This document shows, in pieces, positions 40,522 through 54,787 of a DNA stretch of 64,000 bases. Both the position numbers and the translations under genes were made by a program. The notes beneath the pieces are model-generated. The model saw nothing but the letters and a program-made list of their open reading frames with translations. It did no database searches and was not told the DNA's origin. Origin of the DNA: Octopus vulgaris (taxonomy: Eukaryota); contig OX597825.1 in the NCBI GenBank assembly GCA_951406725.2, forward strand, positions 22,258,001 to 22,322,000. Direction: 5' to 3'. How positions within the stretch are numbered: the first letter of the stretch is position 1; every line of letters starts with the position of its first letter.

Positions 40522-41246
40522 CGGCGGGCTTTTTCCTGTTTTCGTCTACCCTATTCACTCAGAAGGCTTTGATCGGCTTGAGGCTATAGTAGTATAATTT
40601 TCACATACTCAGTGTCTATGTAGTTGTCTGGTACTTCTCAAAACTAAGGAACTCCTGAACCCGGTCCAAACTACAGGATATACTATAAAATTATACCTTG
40701 GACATACATACATGCAAATTAACATCTATATTGGTTCTGCTGTCTAATGTCTTTTTCCCATAGTGTCTTTATAATGAGAAATTCAAATTAATATTAGACG
40801 TTTATGTATCGTAGGGCTAATGTGTAAAAGTTTTCAGTAATTTTTCACAACGATTGCATTGCATGTTCTCGATCTAGCATTATTGCTCATGTTACTGCTT
40901 AGATACGTGAAATGATACATGATCTTAATTTAATTTCACGTAATTAGCACTGTAATGACATGAGTCATTCGTTTTCAGATTTGATTTATGGCAACATTAT
41001 GGACGAAGAATATAAGTTTAATTTTACGCGAATTCTTTGTAACGAAATGCACGTTAGATGTTATTGGTTTCTAACTTTTAATTTGGATTTATCTGGTAGT
41101 AGACACTGTAATAAAGACTACGTAAATTGAGTTAAAATATGAAGGATAATTAGAAAGAATTTAATTTCTTACAGAGTATATTTACATGTCTAACGAGAAC
41201 AGTGACCGAGAACCAATTAAAAGATATGACGATTCGAACCGCCTCG

Positions 41247-41486
<240 letters not shown>

Positions 41487-41708
41487 AGACATGAATTTTC
41501 ATTAGAATGCCAGATAGTAAAACCCATTCGAGAAAATATACTTCGAAAGTTATGATCAACAAGAACGTAAACAAACATTGTTCAATTTTTTTCTTAATGA
41601 TAAAATTTTGTATCACTTACGTATATGGCCAAAACACCAGTCATCCGGGCATATGCATGTGATATATAATTTTTACCGATTTATGCCAAAATAATTTACA
41701 TTTCGCAT

Positions 41709-42050
41709 TGGGCAAGTGTCTTCTACTATACCCTCGAGCCGACCAAAGCCTTCTGAGTGGATAGGGTACACGGAAACGGGAAGAAGCCCGTCGTATATAT
41801 ATGTATGTATGTATGTATGTATTATGTATGTATGTATGTATTATCTGTGTCTGTGTTTGTCCCGCCGCTATTGCTTGACAACCCTTCTTCATGTCTTTTC
41901 GTGTCCGTGTCCTAGCGGTTCGGTGAGAGAGACTGATGAATTGGGTGCTAGGCTTACAAAGAATAATAGGATCGATTTCTTCGACTAAAGCCGGTGCTCC
42001 AGCATGGCCGCAGTGAAATGACTGAAACAAGTAAAAGAATAAAAAGAATA
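41709..42050 (+). mobile_element. SINE family B, 5'-truncated
   Basis: Starts at ttgggcaagtgtcttctactata and ends tgactgaaacaagtaaaagaat. Confidence 0.88.
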
Positions 42051-42301
42051 TATGTTGGCAACCATGTGTTTTGATATGTTCTGTGAATATAAAATTAATG
42101 TTCCCAGAATTTGAGAATACAAAAGCAGAACCTTGAAGAATTAGCTACAGGTTGCGATGACATTTCTTTTGCGATTTTCAAACATAATGATGTGAAACAG
42201 ATATAGAATTACAAACACTTATTTATTATTCTAAGCGAAAAAGATATTCCAGCAAGGAAATATCAGCCGTTATCAAAACGTTTGTAATAGTCTTAACGCT
42301 A

Positions 42302-42709
42302 TACTCTTTACTCTTTTACTCTTTTACTTGTTTCAGTCATTTGACTGCGGCCATGCTGGAGTACCGCCTTTAGTCGAGCAAATCGACCCCTGACTTATTC
42401 TTTGTAAGCCCAGTACTTATTCTATCGGTCTCTTTTGCCCAACCGCTAAGTGACGTGGACGTAAACACACCAGCATCGGTTGTCAAGCAATGCTAGAGGG
42501 ACAAACACAGACACACAAACACATACATATATATATATACATATATACGACAGGCTTCTTTCAGTTTCCGTCTACCAAATCCACTCACAAGGCATTGGTC
42601 GGCCCGGGGCTATAGTAGAAGACATTTGCCCAAGATGCCACGCAGTGGGACTGAACCCGGAACCATGTGGTTGGTTAGCAAGCTACTTACCACAGAGCCA
42701 CTCCTGCGC
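42302..42709 (-). mobile_element. SINE family B, full length
   Basis: Head rc gcgcaggagtggctctgtggtaag, internal (TA)/(TG) tract, (gagtaaaa)n tail. Confidence 0.92.
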
Positions 42710-42814
42710 TATGTGTAAATACATAAAATACACATGGTATTTAGAATTTTTTTCTTACCCAGAGTAACGGTCTACGACTTGATTATTTTTTAAGATAGGA
42801 TATTTTACCATAGG

Positions 42815-43262
42815 AGCAGGCGTGGTTCTATGTTAAGAAGTTTGCTTCCGCACCACAGGGCTCTGGGTTCAGTCGGTCCCACTACATGGAACCTTCGATT
42901 CTCGTATAAGCTCGGGATTTCCAGTGTCTTGTGAGTGGATGTGGTCGACGGAATCTGAAAGAGGCCTGTCGTATCTATACTTAGAAATACATAAAATGCA
43001 CACACATCCACGCACACACACATACATGTGAATGTGTGTGTCTGTTTGTCCCCCACCGTCTTCTGACTAACAACCACTGTTGGTGTGTTTACGTAGCTGT
43101 GAACTAGCGGTTCGGCTGTGAACTAGCGGTTCGGCTGTGAACTAGCGGTTCGGCTTAAAATAAATGAATATGAACTGTGGTTGATTCGTTCGACTAAATT
43201 TCTTCTAGATGCTGCCCCAGTATAGCCGCAATATAATGGCTTAAACAAATAAAACGTAAGAG
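42815..43262 (+). mobile_element. SINE family B, diverged, with an internal 19-bp triplication
   Basis: gctgtgaactagcggttcg occurs three times at 43096-43152. Confidence 0.8.
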
Positions 43263-44147
43263 ATCATCAGAGTAAACAATTCTCGCTATGTTGGGGAATT
43301 GATGGGAAGTCCAAGCAATCAAACGAAAATAGGTGTCTCTCTAGACCAGTTACCTGAAACAGTATATGTGCTTCAGAAGTACAGGCTATTTGACATTCAG
43401 TGTACATTTGCAGATCAAATGCAGGTCACAATTTTTGTAGGCCCTGGATAGACCCTGATTAAAAATTATATCCATTCTAACTAGCTTCCATATTTTCAAA
43501 GAATATATACGTAGGCTATACTATAGGGTATAATCCTAAGACGTGTTAATAAAATTTGAAACCCAATGATATATACTATGCATTTCATTTCATAGATATC
43601 GCCCTCAAAGGATACAGAATTTCTTCCCGTGATGTTGATATAATTTTAATCTAATTAAATACGATAAATTGTCAGTGCTAATTAAATCTCAAATTAGATG
43701 TACTTGGTTTCCTGCCGCATTCAGTAATATGAAGTAATCATCTACTGCACACAGCAATCATAAATAAGGCTAGCAGCGTAATGGATAGGTTAATTTTCAT
43801 ATTTATGATTTTGAGATTTCCTGATTAAATCAAACATCATAAGAAATACATTGATAGAAATATTTGAATATAAATTACGTATCCTCAAATACTCAATTAT
43901 GTAAAATCATAAATGGTCTGTTGATAGACTCATTTACCCCCAGCTTCTCTTTCAATTGTGAAGCTCAAAAGTGTCTATAGAAATGATTCGGAAATACCAG
44001 GTTCACAAAGGTTAAACATACATTTTTTAATATTCAAATCTGGTCTCCAATTTAAACATAAATATAGTCAATAGAAATAGTTTTCTTCTTGTGCTGGGGG
44101 TAGCAAACATTTCCATTAAATCCAACTACCACATACATACTACGCAA

Positions 44148-44199
<52 letters not shown>

Positions 44200-44206
44200 A
44201 TATGTA

Positions 44207-44277
<71 letters not shown>

Positions 44278-44360
44278 GTGTGTGTGTTTTTTATGTGTGT
44301 GTATGTGTGTGAGTGTGTGTGTGTGTGTGTATGTGCGTGTGTGTGTGCATGTGTGTGTGA
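44148..44360. repeat. (TATC)n(TA)n(TG)n microsatellite
   Basis: Direct reading. Confidence 0.95.
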
Positions 44361-44499
44361 TAAGATGGCAATCTCTCGTAGTCCGAGAAAGACGCTTCTG
44401 TATTTTCTTACTGAGCAAACCTGCAAAATTCATTCGTTTATTGTGATCAAATGTATGCGTTGTACATTAGTTCATTCCCTCCATCAAATCGACATTACC

Positions 44500-44662
44500 T
44501 GAACGTGTGAATGGTGTACCATGTATCAGGTGTCGAATTGATCACAGAGAAACGTGACAAGAACTGTTTTGCACAAGAATACAACAAAACGCTCGGTCTA
44601 CGAATTGAAATCACGAACTCACAATCATGATATTAACACCTAAACCGCTAGGCCATACGCCT
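44500..44662 (-). mobile_element. Diverged tRNA-derived SINE (family D-like head)
   Basis: rc aggcgtatggcctagcggtttagg...gtattcttgtgcaaaacag. Confidence 0.5.
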
Positions 44663-45879
44663 GCGTCAAACCCAGACACACTCATAAACACATTCACACA
44701 TACACACGCACACACACACACACATATATATACATATACACGCATAAGAGCTTGGTGAATGGTTGCTAATTTACACGTGATAAAGGGTCATATTCTGCTT
44801 TCCTTTTTTCCGGCCAACGTTCGACAGATTTCTTTCAGGTGTCTTACTAATCCGACGTTGCTCTATCTCTCTTTCATTGATAACGCATGATTCTAGTGCA
44901 GTGCATTATAGGACAAAAGCTTCTTTTAAGATGTCTCCTGCTAGCAATACACGCTACTTAAATTTCTCTTCCACACTTCAGTTATTTTTTTTTTCATATC
45001 CGTGTAAACTGCCAAACAGGTTCCAACCGAATTCTTTTTACTATCTATCATTTTGTTATTAATTATTTCTGTTTCAGTTAATCTTTCCTAATGCTAGAAT
45101 TTCTCACTTTTAAATGTTAACACCTATTTGCGACATGTTCAGACACGTGTGTTCCATTTTTACTCTTTCCAAACTTCGTTTCGATTTCCTTTTCGCTGTA
45201 GTTAAGCATAGCCACATAATTAATATCCTTTCGTAGATTCTGTTTTCTGTTTTCCAAATCCATAATAGTTATTTACTTCTTCTTCTTTTTTTTTGCTTTT
45301 GCTTTGTTGCTTTTGACTTATATTTTATCTAATTTGCTGCTTTACGGGCATTTTGATGGCAAATAAACAAGCAATAGCTTTCAAAATTGAGATATATGTT
45401 GCAAATAATCTGCTCAGATGGTTATCTTTGCTGTCAATAATTGCTATCAGTTGATTTCTGTTCTGTAGCTGAATTATATATAAATGAATCTACGTATGTC
45501 TAATGCTAAAGCATAAGGCAACAGACATACGCAAGAACTTTCAACATAACATAAGAAAAGATAACATTCCATCAATTTGCACACCATTGCCGGAGCGAAT
45601 ATTCCCAGGGCAAGTTAAACTCTGCTTGAAAATTATCTAAAGAAAAATTGAAGTTGTGATACACGCCAGTCAATCTGTTTGTATACCTGTAAATATTCAT
45701 TCAGTAATTTTGTCTCTGATCTTATTGGCCCCGTATCAAACCGAAGAATTTCCGCTGATACTAATCGTTCTGAAACGAAAAGTGACACGGGTAAAGATCG
45801 GAAAATATCTCTAAAACAAGATCTTTGCTGAGTGGTGAAATACGTGGTTTTGCAAAACGGTACGATACGTTGCTTGCTA

Positions 45880-46062
45880 GCGGCGAGCTAGCAGAATCGT
45901 TAGCACGTCGGGCGAAATGTTTAGCGGTATTTCGGCTGCCGTTACGTTGTGAGTTCAAATTCCGCCGAGGTCGACTTTGCCTTTCATCCTTTCGGGGTCG
46001 ATAAATTAAGTACCAGTTAAGCACTGGGGTCGATATAATCGACTTAATACCTACGTCTGTCC
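45880..46062 (+). mobile_element. SINE family A
   Basis: gcggcgagctagcagaatcgttagcacg...gagttcaaattccgccgaggtcgac. Confidence 0.9.
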
Positions 46063-46486
46063 ATAGATTTATAGTGATATGATAGTTGCAGATCTTTTTT
46101 CAGGCTGGCTCTGAGACACTGGGCAGCAAATTCAGACTAAATAACGGCCTAGGAGAACAAAAACTACACGTGGTAGTCATGAAGTGAAGCAACAATTCTA
46201 GTAAAATGACCACCTTCAGGCCTTTTGTCCCATCATTGAAAAAGGCAAATGAAATAACGTCCAAAATACTTACAACGCTACAGCATAAGCCACAGGAACA
46301 AGAGCAGAAAAATGAACAGCAGAAGCAACTGCAGTATGCAGCTTCAGTAACGTTTATTACTGTCCGCTCAATAATATTCCTTAGAAATATGAAATTGAAA
46401 ATAGAATGGCTGTGTTTGAATTACACCTACATCCACAGACATAAGTATGTGATTCTGTGTATGTGTGTGTGTATTTGTGTGTGTGT

Positions 46487-46523
<37 letters not shown>

Positions 46524-46593
46524 CATTTCACGGATGCAATAGGCATGAGCAAGAGGAGAGCTGCTATTAAATGTTAATATATTCAAGCGTTAA

Positions 46594-47020
46594 CGCGGCG
46601 AGCTGGCAGAAATGTTAGCACGCCGGGCGAAATGCTTAGCGGTATTTCGTCTGTTGCTACGTACTGAGTTCAAATTCCGCCGTGGTCGACTTTGCCTTTC
46701 ATCCTTGCAGGGTCGATTAAATAAGTACCAGTTAGGCACTGGGGTCGATATAATCGACTTAATCCGTTTTTCTGTCCTTGTTTGTCCCATCTGTGTGTAG
46801 CCCCTTGTGGGTAGTAAAGAAATAAGAATCGTTAGTGCATCATACTTAGCGGCATTTCGTCCGTTTTTTTTTTTGGGTGCTGAGTTCAAATTCCACTGCG
46901 GTCAACTTTGCCTTTCATCATTTCGCGGTCAAAAAAATGAGTTCAAGTTGAGCTTTGGTGTTTATGTAATCGACTTACCCGCTTCTTCAAAATTGTTGGT
47001 CGTCTGCTAAAGTTTGAAAC
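46594..47020 (+). mobile_element. SINE family A, dimeric
   Basis: A young unit followed by an older unit from about 46826. Confidence 0.88.
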
Positions 47021-47725
47021 CACTATATGCGGGCTTTCAGATTTCGCCATGTAATTTTGATGTTACAGCATTTTGTTTTCAAAAATCAGCAAATGACAAT
47101 CACATCCTAGTATTTTCTATAAGATCTCTAAAAAAAATCTATTATCAGTAGTGAATAATTTAATAACAAGATACAAATTTCATAGCTGTGTTACTGAAAT
47201 TTATTGAAATTTGATTTTCATAACGATTTGTTAAATTGGTTAAAAAACCACAATATGTAGTTCAATTGAATCTTGCTCATTATATTTTCTGTGTCTATTT
47301 TAGTTAGTTCTGATGTTTTACTGAAACTTCCCCAGGGTGATAAAAGAAAAATTGGAACTACAATGAATTAGGAATTTGAAAGTAAAAATACGAAAACAAA
47401 AATTTAAACTAAATCCTCGAAAGTTTGTAGACCGACACTCTAGTATTACAACAAAATTTATGACGCCAATTTTACTGTATATTGCAATGAAATAGTTTAA
47501 ATATAATTAACCTAATGCATCGAATGATACTTTCTAACAAATAAAAAGAGAAACGTTATTCCTATGTGTAGAAATATGATGTTTAATAATAATACTAGTT
47601 TTGTATTTTTGGTACGGATTTGTTAGTTTTAGAGAGAAGTAGAAAAATTCATCAAACGCAATACGCATGATTCCGACTTAGTTCCACGAGACCACGCAAC
47701 ATGTTTGTAAGATATCTAAATAAAT

Positions 47726-47769
<44 letters not shown>

Positions 47770-47770
<1 letters not shown>

Positions 47771-48187
47771 CGCAGGAGTGGCTGTGTGGTAAGTAGCTTG
47801 CTAACCAACCACATGGTTCCGGGTTCCTTCCCTCTGCGTGAGACTTTGGGCAAGTGTCTTCTACTATAGCCTCGGGCCGACCAAAGCCTTGTGAGTGGAT
47901 TTGGTAGACGGAAAATGAAAGAAGCCCGTCGTATATATGTATATATATATATATGTATGTGTATGTGAGTTTGTGTGTCTGTATTTGTCCCTCCAACATC
48001 GCTCGACAACCGATGCTGGTGTGTTTGCGTCCGCGTGACTTAGCGGTTCGGTAAAAGAGACCGATAGAATAAGTACTAGGCTTACAAAGAATAAGTCCTG
48101 GGGTTGATTTGCTCGACTAAAGGTGGTGCTCCAGCATGGCCGCAGTCAAATGACTGAAACAAGTAAAAGCGTAAAAGAGTAAAAGAG
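47770..48187 (+). mobile_element. SINE family B, full length
   Basis: gcgcaggagtggctgtgtggtaag...ggtgctccagcatggccgcagtcaaatgactgaaac. Confidence 0.92.
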
Positions 48188-48239
48188 TGTCTATGTTTAT
48201 GTATATTTGGGTGTATGTGGGCATATATACTCGTCCAAA

Positions 48240-48656
48240 GGCGGCGAACCAGCAGAATCGCTAGCGCGCCGGGCGAAATGCTTAGCGGTATTTCGCCCGC
48301 CACTACGTTCTGAGTTCAAGTTCCGCCGAGGTCGACTTTGCCTTTCATCTTTTCGGGGTCGGTTAAATAAGTACCAGTTACGCACTGGGGTCGATAGAAT
48401 CGACTTAATCCGTTTGTCTATCCTTGTTTGTCCCCTCTGTGTTTAGCCCCTTGTGGGTAATAAAGAAATAGGTATTTCGCCCGCCACTACGTTCTGAGTT
48501 CAAATTCCGCCGAGATCGACTTTACCTTCCATCCTTTCGGGGTCGATTAAATAAGTACCAGTTACGCACTGAGGTTGATGTAATCGACTTAATCCGTTTG
48601 TCTATCCTTGTTCGTCCCCTCTGTGTTTATCCCCTTGTGGGTAGAAAAGTAATGGG
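48240..48656 (+). mobile_element. SINE family A, dimeric
   Basis: The body restarts at ggtatttcgcccgccactacg (about 48471). Confidence 0.92.
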
Positions 48657-49212
48657 TACATATACACGCCCAAGTGCATTCTTGGAGGAATGCATTATTG
48701 GAGTGAATGGGTTCGACCAAGAACAAAAAAGAAACAAAAATATGTACATATGTGTCTGTGTGTCTTTCTGTGTGTGAAAGAGGGTGTTAGAACACCTACA
48801 ATGCTAGAAATGAGAGCTAAAGTACATTTATGTTGCAGTCAACGCGCATAAGTGTACACATACATATTGACAGCAACGATAAACGGTCGAAAAGGGCAAT
48901 CATGATATACCTACCCCGTTGACGGCTTCAGCTTTAACACCGAAGCTTCTTCAGTACGGTCGGCACCACTCGCCGGATTCTAGATAAGATCGCCACGGGT
49001 ATATATGCCTATTCCATGCAAATCTATGGATAATTTAGCGAATCGTTAATGTGCATGCAGATAATTAAATTAGACAGCAGTTTAGCAAAATATCACCAAA
49101 AGGCAAAACTATAATTGTCATCGAATGTGGCAAAAGGTGTTAGAAAGCCTACAATGCTAGAGATAAGAACTATAACGTGCTCTTAATGTTGCAGTCAACA
49201 CATATAATTGTA

Positions 49213-49481
49213 TCTCTTACTATCTTTTACTTACTTCAGTCATTTCACTGTGGCCATGCTGGAGCATTGCCTTTAGTCGAGCAAATTGACTCCAGGACAT
49301 ACTTTGTAAGCCTAGCACTTATTCTATCGGTCTTTTTGCCGAACCGCTAAGTTACGGGGACGTAAGCACACCAGCATCGGCTGTCAAGCGATTTGGGAGG
49401 GGGATAAACACAGGCACACAAACATATACACACACATACATTCATACATATCTAGATACATGCATACATATATATACATAT

Positions 49482-49549
<68 letters not shown>

Positions 49550-49697
49550 GACGGGCTTCTTTTCTACCAAAGCCTCTAACAAGGCTTTGGTCGGCCCAAT
49601 ACTATTGTAGAAGACACTTGCTCAAGGTGCCACGCAGTGGCAACCGGAACCATGTATTACGTAAGCAAGCTCCTTACCACACAGCCACTCCAACGCC
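49213..49697 (-). mobile_element. SINE family B with an expanded internal (TA)n
   Basis: Tail, body and head are collinear with the 42302 copy. Confidence 0.88.
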
Positions 49698-49758
49698 CAT
49701 GTATACATACATACTGATATCAACCCTACAGAAGAGGCTTCGGCTAGCTGGCAGAAAA

Positions 49759-49995
49759 GGTGGCAAGCTGGCAGAATCGTTAGCACGGCGGGCGAAATTC
49801 TTTGCGGTATTTTGTCTGCCGCTACGTTCTGAGTTCAAATTCCGCCAAGGTCGACTTTGCCTTTCATTCTTTCGGGATCGATTAAATAAGTACCAGTTAC
49901 GCACTGGGGTTGATATAATCGACTTAATCTGTTTGTTTCTCCTTGTTTGTCCTCTCTGTGTTTAGCCTCTTGTGGGTAGTAACGAAATAGGTATT
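49759..49995 (+). mobile_element. SINE family A
   Basis: ggtggcaagctggcagaatcgttagcac... Confidence 0.9.
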
Positions 49996-50185
49996 AAAGC
50001 CGAAACCGTCGACGGTACAGGGGTATAACGACAGCCGATTTCGGGCGTTTACTGCAGCAGCAAAGTACTTTAGCTCTTATTTCTAGCAGTGTAGGTGTTC
50101 TTACATCCTCTGTCATATTTAATGACAAATATAACTTTCCTTCTTGGTGATACATTGCTAGACTTCAGCCTAATTATATTATTTG

Positions 50186-50228
<43 letters not shown>

Positions 50229-50236
50229 ACATACGT

Positions 50237-50530
50237 ATATAGCAAATGAAAGACAGTGGTGTAGATGTGTCTCGTCGAATGATAAATAAATAGATACGAC
50301 TCGTTAAAATGACTGTTCTGCAATGTAATTTTCCGATTTGTAGAACAATCATTTTAACGAGTTGTTTATTTGTTTATCAGCCGACGAGACACAGCTGCGC
50401 CACCGGAGCCTCCTGAACCAGTTGTTGAGAGTCTCTCGCAAGAGGAATCGATGCGAAATGTGTCTAAAAAATTGTCTTGATGAATAATAAATTCTCGTAT
50501 ATTCCATCTGCTGTCTTTCATTTACTATAT
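50237..50530 (+). mobile_element. Older fold-back element, possibly Penelope-like
   Basis: Imperfect arms at 50256-50323 and 50338-50404, plus outer inverted ends tatagcaaatgaaagacag / ctgtctttcatttactata. A second copy of the 3' part lies at 60795-60913. Confidence 0.6.
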
Positions 50531-50599
50531 ACCTGACGATCACTCTGAAAGTGACCGTACTTTACAATTCAGCTACAAGGTTTAACCTCACTAAAGTCC

Positions 50600-51008
50600 A
50601 ACTCCTCCTTAAAGCGGTAGGGTGGTGTAAACGGGCAGTGTCCGAGCTATGCCATCAGTTTCTGGTAGGGCCACCGAGGTCGGATTGGTCTGGTACCGAA
50701 CGGTATTAGGGCCGCAGCCTGGCCAACGGGGCTCTGGTGAAAATTCCAAGAGGTGTCTAATCGGCAACCGGCGGCTTTGCGGTCGTGCTATCTGTGGAGA
50801 CTCCGCGGCAAACAGGGCGTCCCGTCACTCGGGATATACATGAAGGATGTCGGGGACCGCTTGTGAATTCAATATTCCCACGAAACCTCTATGAATCCTA
50901 ATACTTGCCGTCAGGACCGGAGAAGAAGCCAGCTCAACCTGCCCTGGGTGAACGCCGTCACAATTACAAGTAAGAAGTACCAGGTGTAAACCATTCGTTT
51001 TCTTATCC

Positions 51009-51010
<2 letters not shown>
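50600..51010 (+). mobile_element. Probable 5' region of an RTE-clade LINE
   Basis: GC-rich. The motif order cctt..gcggtagggtgg..gagctatgcc..ctggtagggccacc..ggtc resembles the 5' leaders of RTE/Expander/BovB elements as I recall them. Confidence 0.5.
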
Positions 51011-51046
<36 letters not shown>

Positions 51047-51053
<7 letters not shown>

Positions 51054-51334
51054 ATCACGTGACCGACCAGACCATCAGATGTTGTTACACATCGGTGGTC
51101 ACAATGCGTTGGCATTGTTTTAGCCTTCGAATGACGCCACACTGCTGGCTAAGCGAGCAGGCCAACGGAAGAAAGAGTGGGAGAAAGAGTGGTGAAAGAG
51201 TACAGCAGGGATCACCACCCCCTGCCGGAGCCTCATGGAGCTTTAAGGTGTTTTCGCTCAATAAACACTCACAACGCCCGGTCTGGGAATCGAAACCGCT
51301 ATCCTGCGACCGCGAGTCCACTGCCCTAACCACT
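51047..51334 (-). mobile_element. SINE family C, slightly 5'-truncated
   Basis: Near-identical to 32432-32731. Confidence 0.9.
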
Positions 51335-51349
51335 ATATATATATATACA

Positions 51350-52468
51350 CATATTTTGGGTCATTGCTGCATTTTTTGCTAACTCTGAATAATCTTTGTT
51401 AAAGAAAATAATAATTGCAGACTCTCAGCTTACTTATAAAGGCTCAGCATAGCTATTTAGAAATATCTCGATTTTTAAAAGTTGCCAGATCTTTCGTTTA
51501 CAATGTTTGCAGGGAGCTAGCGACTCAAGATGGAAACGTATCACCAGTATCAAAGTATAAACAATATTCTAAACGCTCTGAAATCATCAGAACACCTGAA
51601 TTATTCCAAGTTCAACAGGCCATTCATTACAATCCCAGAAATCCATGAGATCAATTGCAAATGATCTCCATGTGTCAGATGGAATAGTTAGAATTGTTGT
51701 CCACGAAGAGATCAGGTAAATTTTCAGAAAAAGCAAATGAAATTCATTACATCAGATTTAAAAGGCTCTTGAATAAACTTTAAAATCCAGTAGAAGATTT
51801 GAATTGCTTTTACTCAAACGAGATAATCAAAAAGTTAACAGCAGAAATGACAGATGGTTATGTGCAGACCCTTCTGAAGTTTCAAGCGTTATGTAAAGAA
51901 AATTTCCCGCAACTGTCATCGTTTAATGGTTGTCAGCAATGAAGAACATCTGATGCCTCATATATCTTTCCACAAGGCTTTACAGTTAACTCAGCCGCCT
52001 ACATTGGGATCCTGAAAATAATTGTTAAGTCCTGGAAGACTCTGCACTATCACACAAGGCTCTAGTAACACAGGAATGGATGTCTGAAAATTTTCATGAT
52101 CATGTAACCCATAACATTTGGCCTCCTTTTTCCCTAGATCTCAATCCATTGGACTATTACATGTGGAGTATTCTTGAGAGAGAGGCCAATGAACACGACC
52201 ATGACACAAATGATTCTTTGAAAGCTGCCATAGTCAGAGTAATGTCCAAAATGGACCAGGACCACTTGATTTGAGCACGTAGATGATTTAGATCTCATAT
52301 AGAAGCAGTTGTTGAAGCTGAAGGTGGCATTATTGAATAACATTATAGAAAAGAAGGTTTAATTTTGTCCTCATAGCATTTTTTGATAAACAATGTTGTC
52401 TGATATGATATATCTGTTTTCTCTATATAAACATAAATCTGTACTCAAATAGCTGATGCATCCTTTAT
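51350..52468 (+). mobile_element. Tc1/mariner superfamily DD37D (maT-type) transposase pseudogene
   Basis: DSALSHKALVTQEWMSENFHDHVTHNIWPPFSLDLNPLD has 37 residues between the second and third Asp. The N-terminal HTH-like segment is LEISRFLKVARSFVYNV. Stops and deletions are present. Confidence 0.9.
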
Positions 52469-53629
52469 TATCAACGTTATGTATCCCCTGAAACCCCACT
52501 GCATTCGCCTCCATAAACGTGGTATGCGCACGCAAACTCTTACACACGCGCACATGTACATCTATACAGGCCAGCACGCACGTACACGCACTCATACACG
52601 CACACACCAACACGCATCTATGAATGTATATTTCTATCTTTTCATCCTGATTTCAGCAGACTCACTCTAACGCCTTTAAATGCGGTCGCTACGTGCAAGT
52701 CTGCCATTCCCATGGTCATAATAGATGCATCAGCAGCTGACACAGAATTCTCCGGGTGTAGATCCGCGGACTTTCGAGACCGACGGATGCCTAACTATAT
52801 ACGTATGTATAAATGTATGTCTTTCATGTTTGTAAAATATGGTAGAAAAAAAAAGATATAAAAACCTTTTCAGGAATAAGCTGACAATTCTCAGAAAAAA
52901 AACCTCACAAGTCAACGACATGTGGAATCCATGTCAGTGCTTAATATCAGCAGAAATATCTAAATCCACTTCTTTTTCTAACGACAACGGCAGAGTAAAT
53001 GGATAGTGAAGTCTTACCGCATTCATAGATACACAAAACTGTAGATAAATATTAATATCTGGAAATACGAAATAGGAGAAAGATTGTCGAAGGTTGTGTA
53101 TAAGAGTTCCATAATGTATTTTATGTCTAAGGGATTTGCATAACGTAAAATATCAGTTTGTACTGGAACCACATCCGCTGACATCCAAATACACGTCGAG
53201 TTAAATATGGTCGCAGCAGTATTATAAAAGCATTCAACCGAGCAAAAATGGAAAATCCGGATTTTACAGATAAGCTTTGTTTCAAACAAATCTTTAGTAG
53301 CCGCTAATATCTCATGTAGTTTTTGTCTTTAATACTTGTCATTCATTCTTGTCAGTTATTCAGTTCTCAGATAAAGCACACAGTTTATGTTCTTTGTCGA
53401 TAAATCCTTCTTAAGCCCGTGCTGTCGTCTTCATATTACATAAAAGCTACTCATGTTTACAGCTGTACCAAATGTCCTTTTTAGTGTTTAGCACTAGAAA
53501 TCTCTTAGGTATTACAACCTATATATGGTAGCATAATATATCTCAAAGAACTAACGCGTACATCCATAGTCAGCCAAAGGTATGAGCGTGAGTGTATGTA
53601 TGATTCTGTTTTACGCTTCTACACGTAAA

Positions 53630-54116
<487 letters not shown>

Positions 54117-54514
54117 ATAGAAAATTGCTATTTGTAAATCTCTCAACGACAGACATTCAGCTACAGTACTCCAGAGTAATGATTATATGCCGTGACAGTC
54201 TTGGTTATAAGACGAATGTTACTATTATTCAGCCACAGGAAATATCATTTCCAGCTGGCTAAACGACACATTATGTGTGTCCTTATATTTACGGACAAGG
54301 GAGTTTAGCATCCCCATTCAGCACAAAAGAATATCTGTGTATCCGGATGAAAGGAAATAACCCAGAAATCGTGGAACACAGATATTACTTTGTGCTGAGT
54401 GGGGAAGCTAACCTCCATTGTTCGAAAATATGCGGACACAGTAGAATTCGTTCTAACCAGGACTGACACGTTATGTTGGCAAATAATCTTTACACACACA
54501 CAAACACACACACA

Positions 54515-54548
<34 letters not shown>

Positions 54549-54555
54549 ATCTCTC

Positions 54556-54620
<65 letters not shown>

Positions 54621-54710
54621 GAAAGAAGGTTTGAAAATGCAATTTTAAAAGATTTTTATTTACTTTGGAAAAAGATTGTCAAAAAGTAACATGTAGAAGT
54701 TTGGTTGCGT

Positions 54711-54784
<74 letters not shown>

Positions 54785-54787
<3 letters not shown>

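Larger units (their letters stand above)
48775..50114. mobile_element. Long-TIR non-autonomous DNA element with nested SINEs
   Basis: agagggtgttagaacacctacaatgctagaaatgagagctaaagtac (48779) is inverted at 50064-50111. The inner arms 48907-48940 and 49990-50026 also pair. An extra direct copy lies at 49135. Confidence 0.7.

Noticed and set aside
46206-46370. Gln/Glu-rich ORF as gag or an exon
   Set aside because: Short and low-complexity, with no supporting motifs or splice structure.
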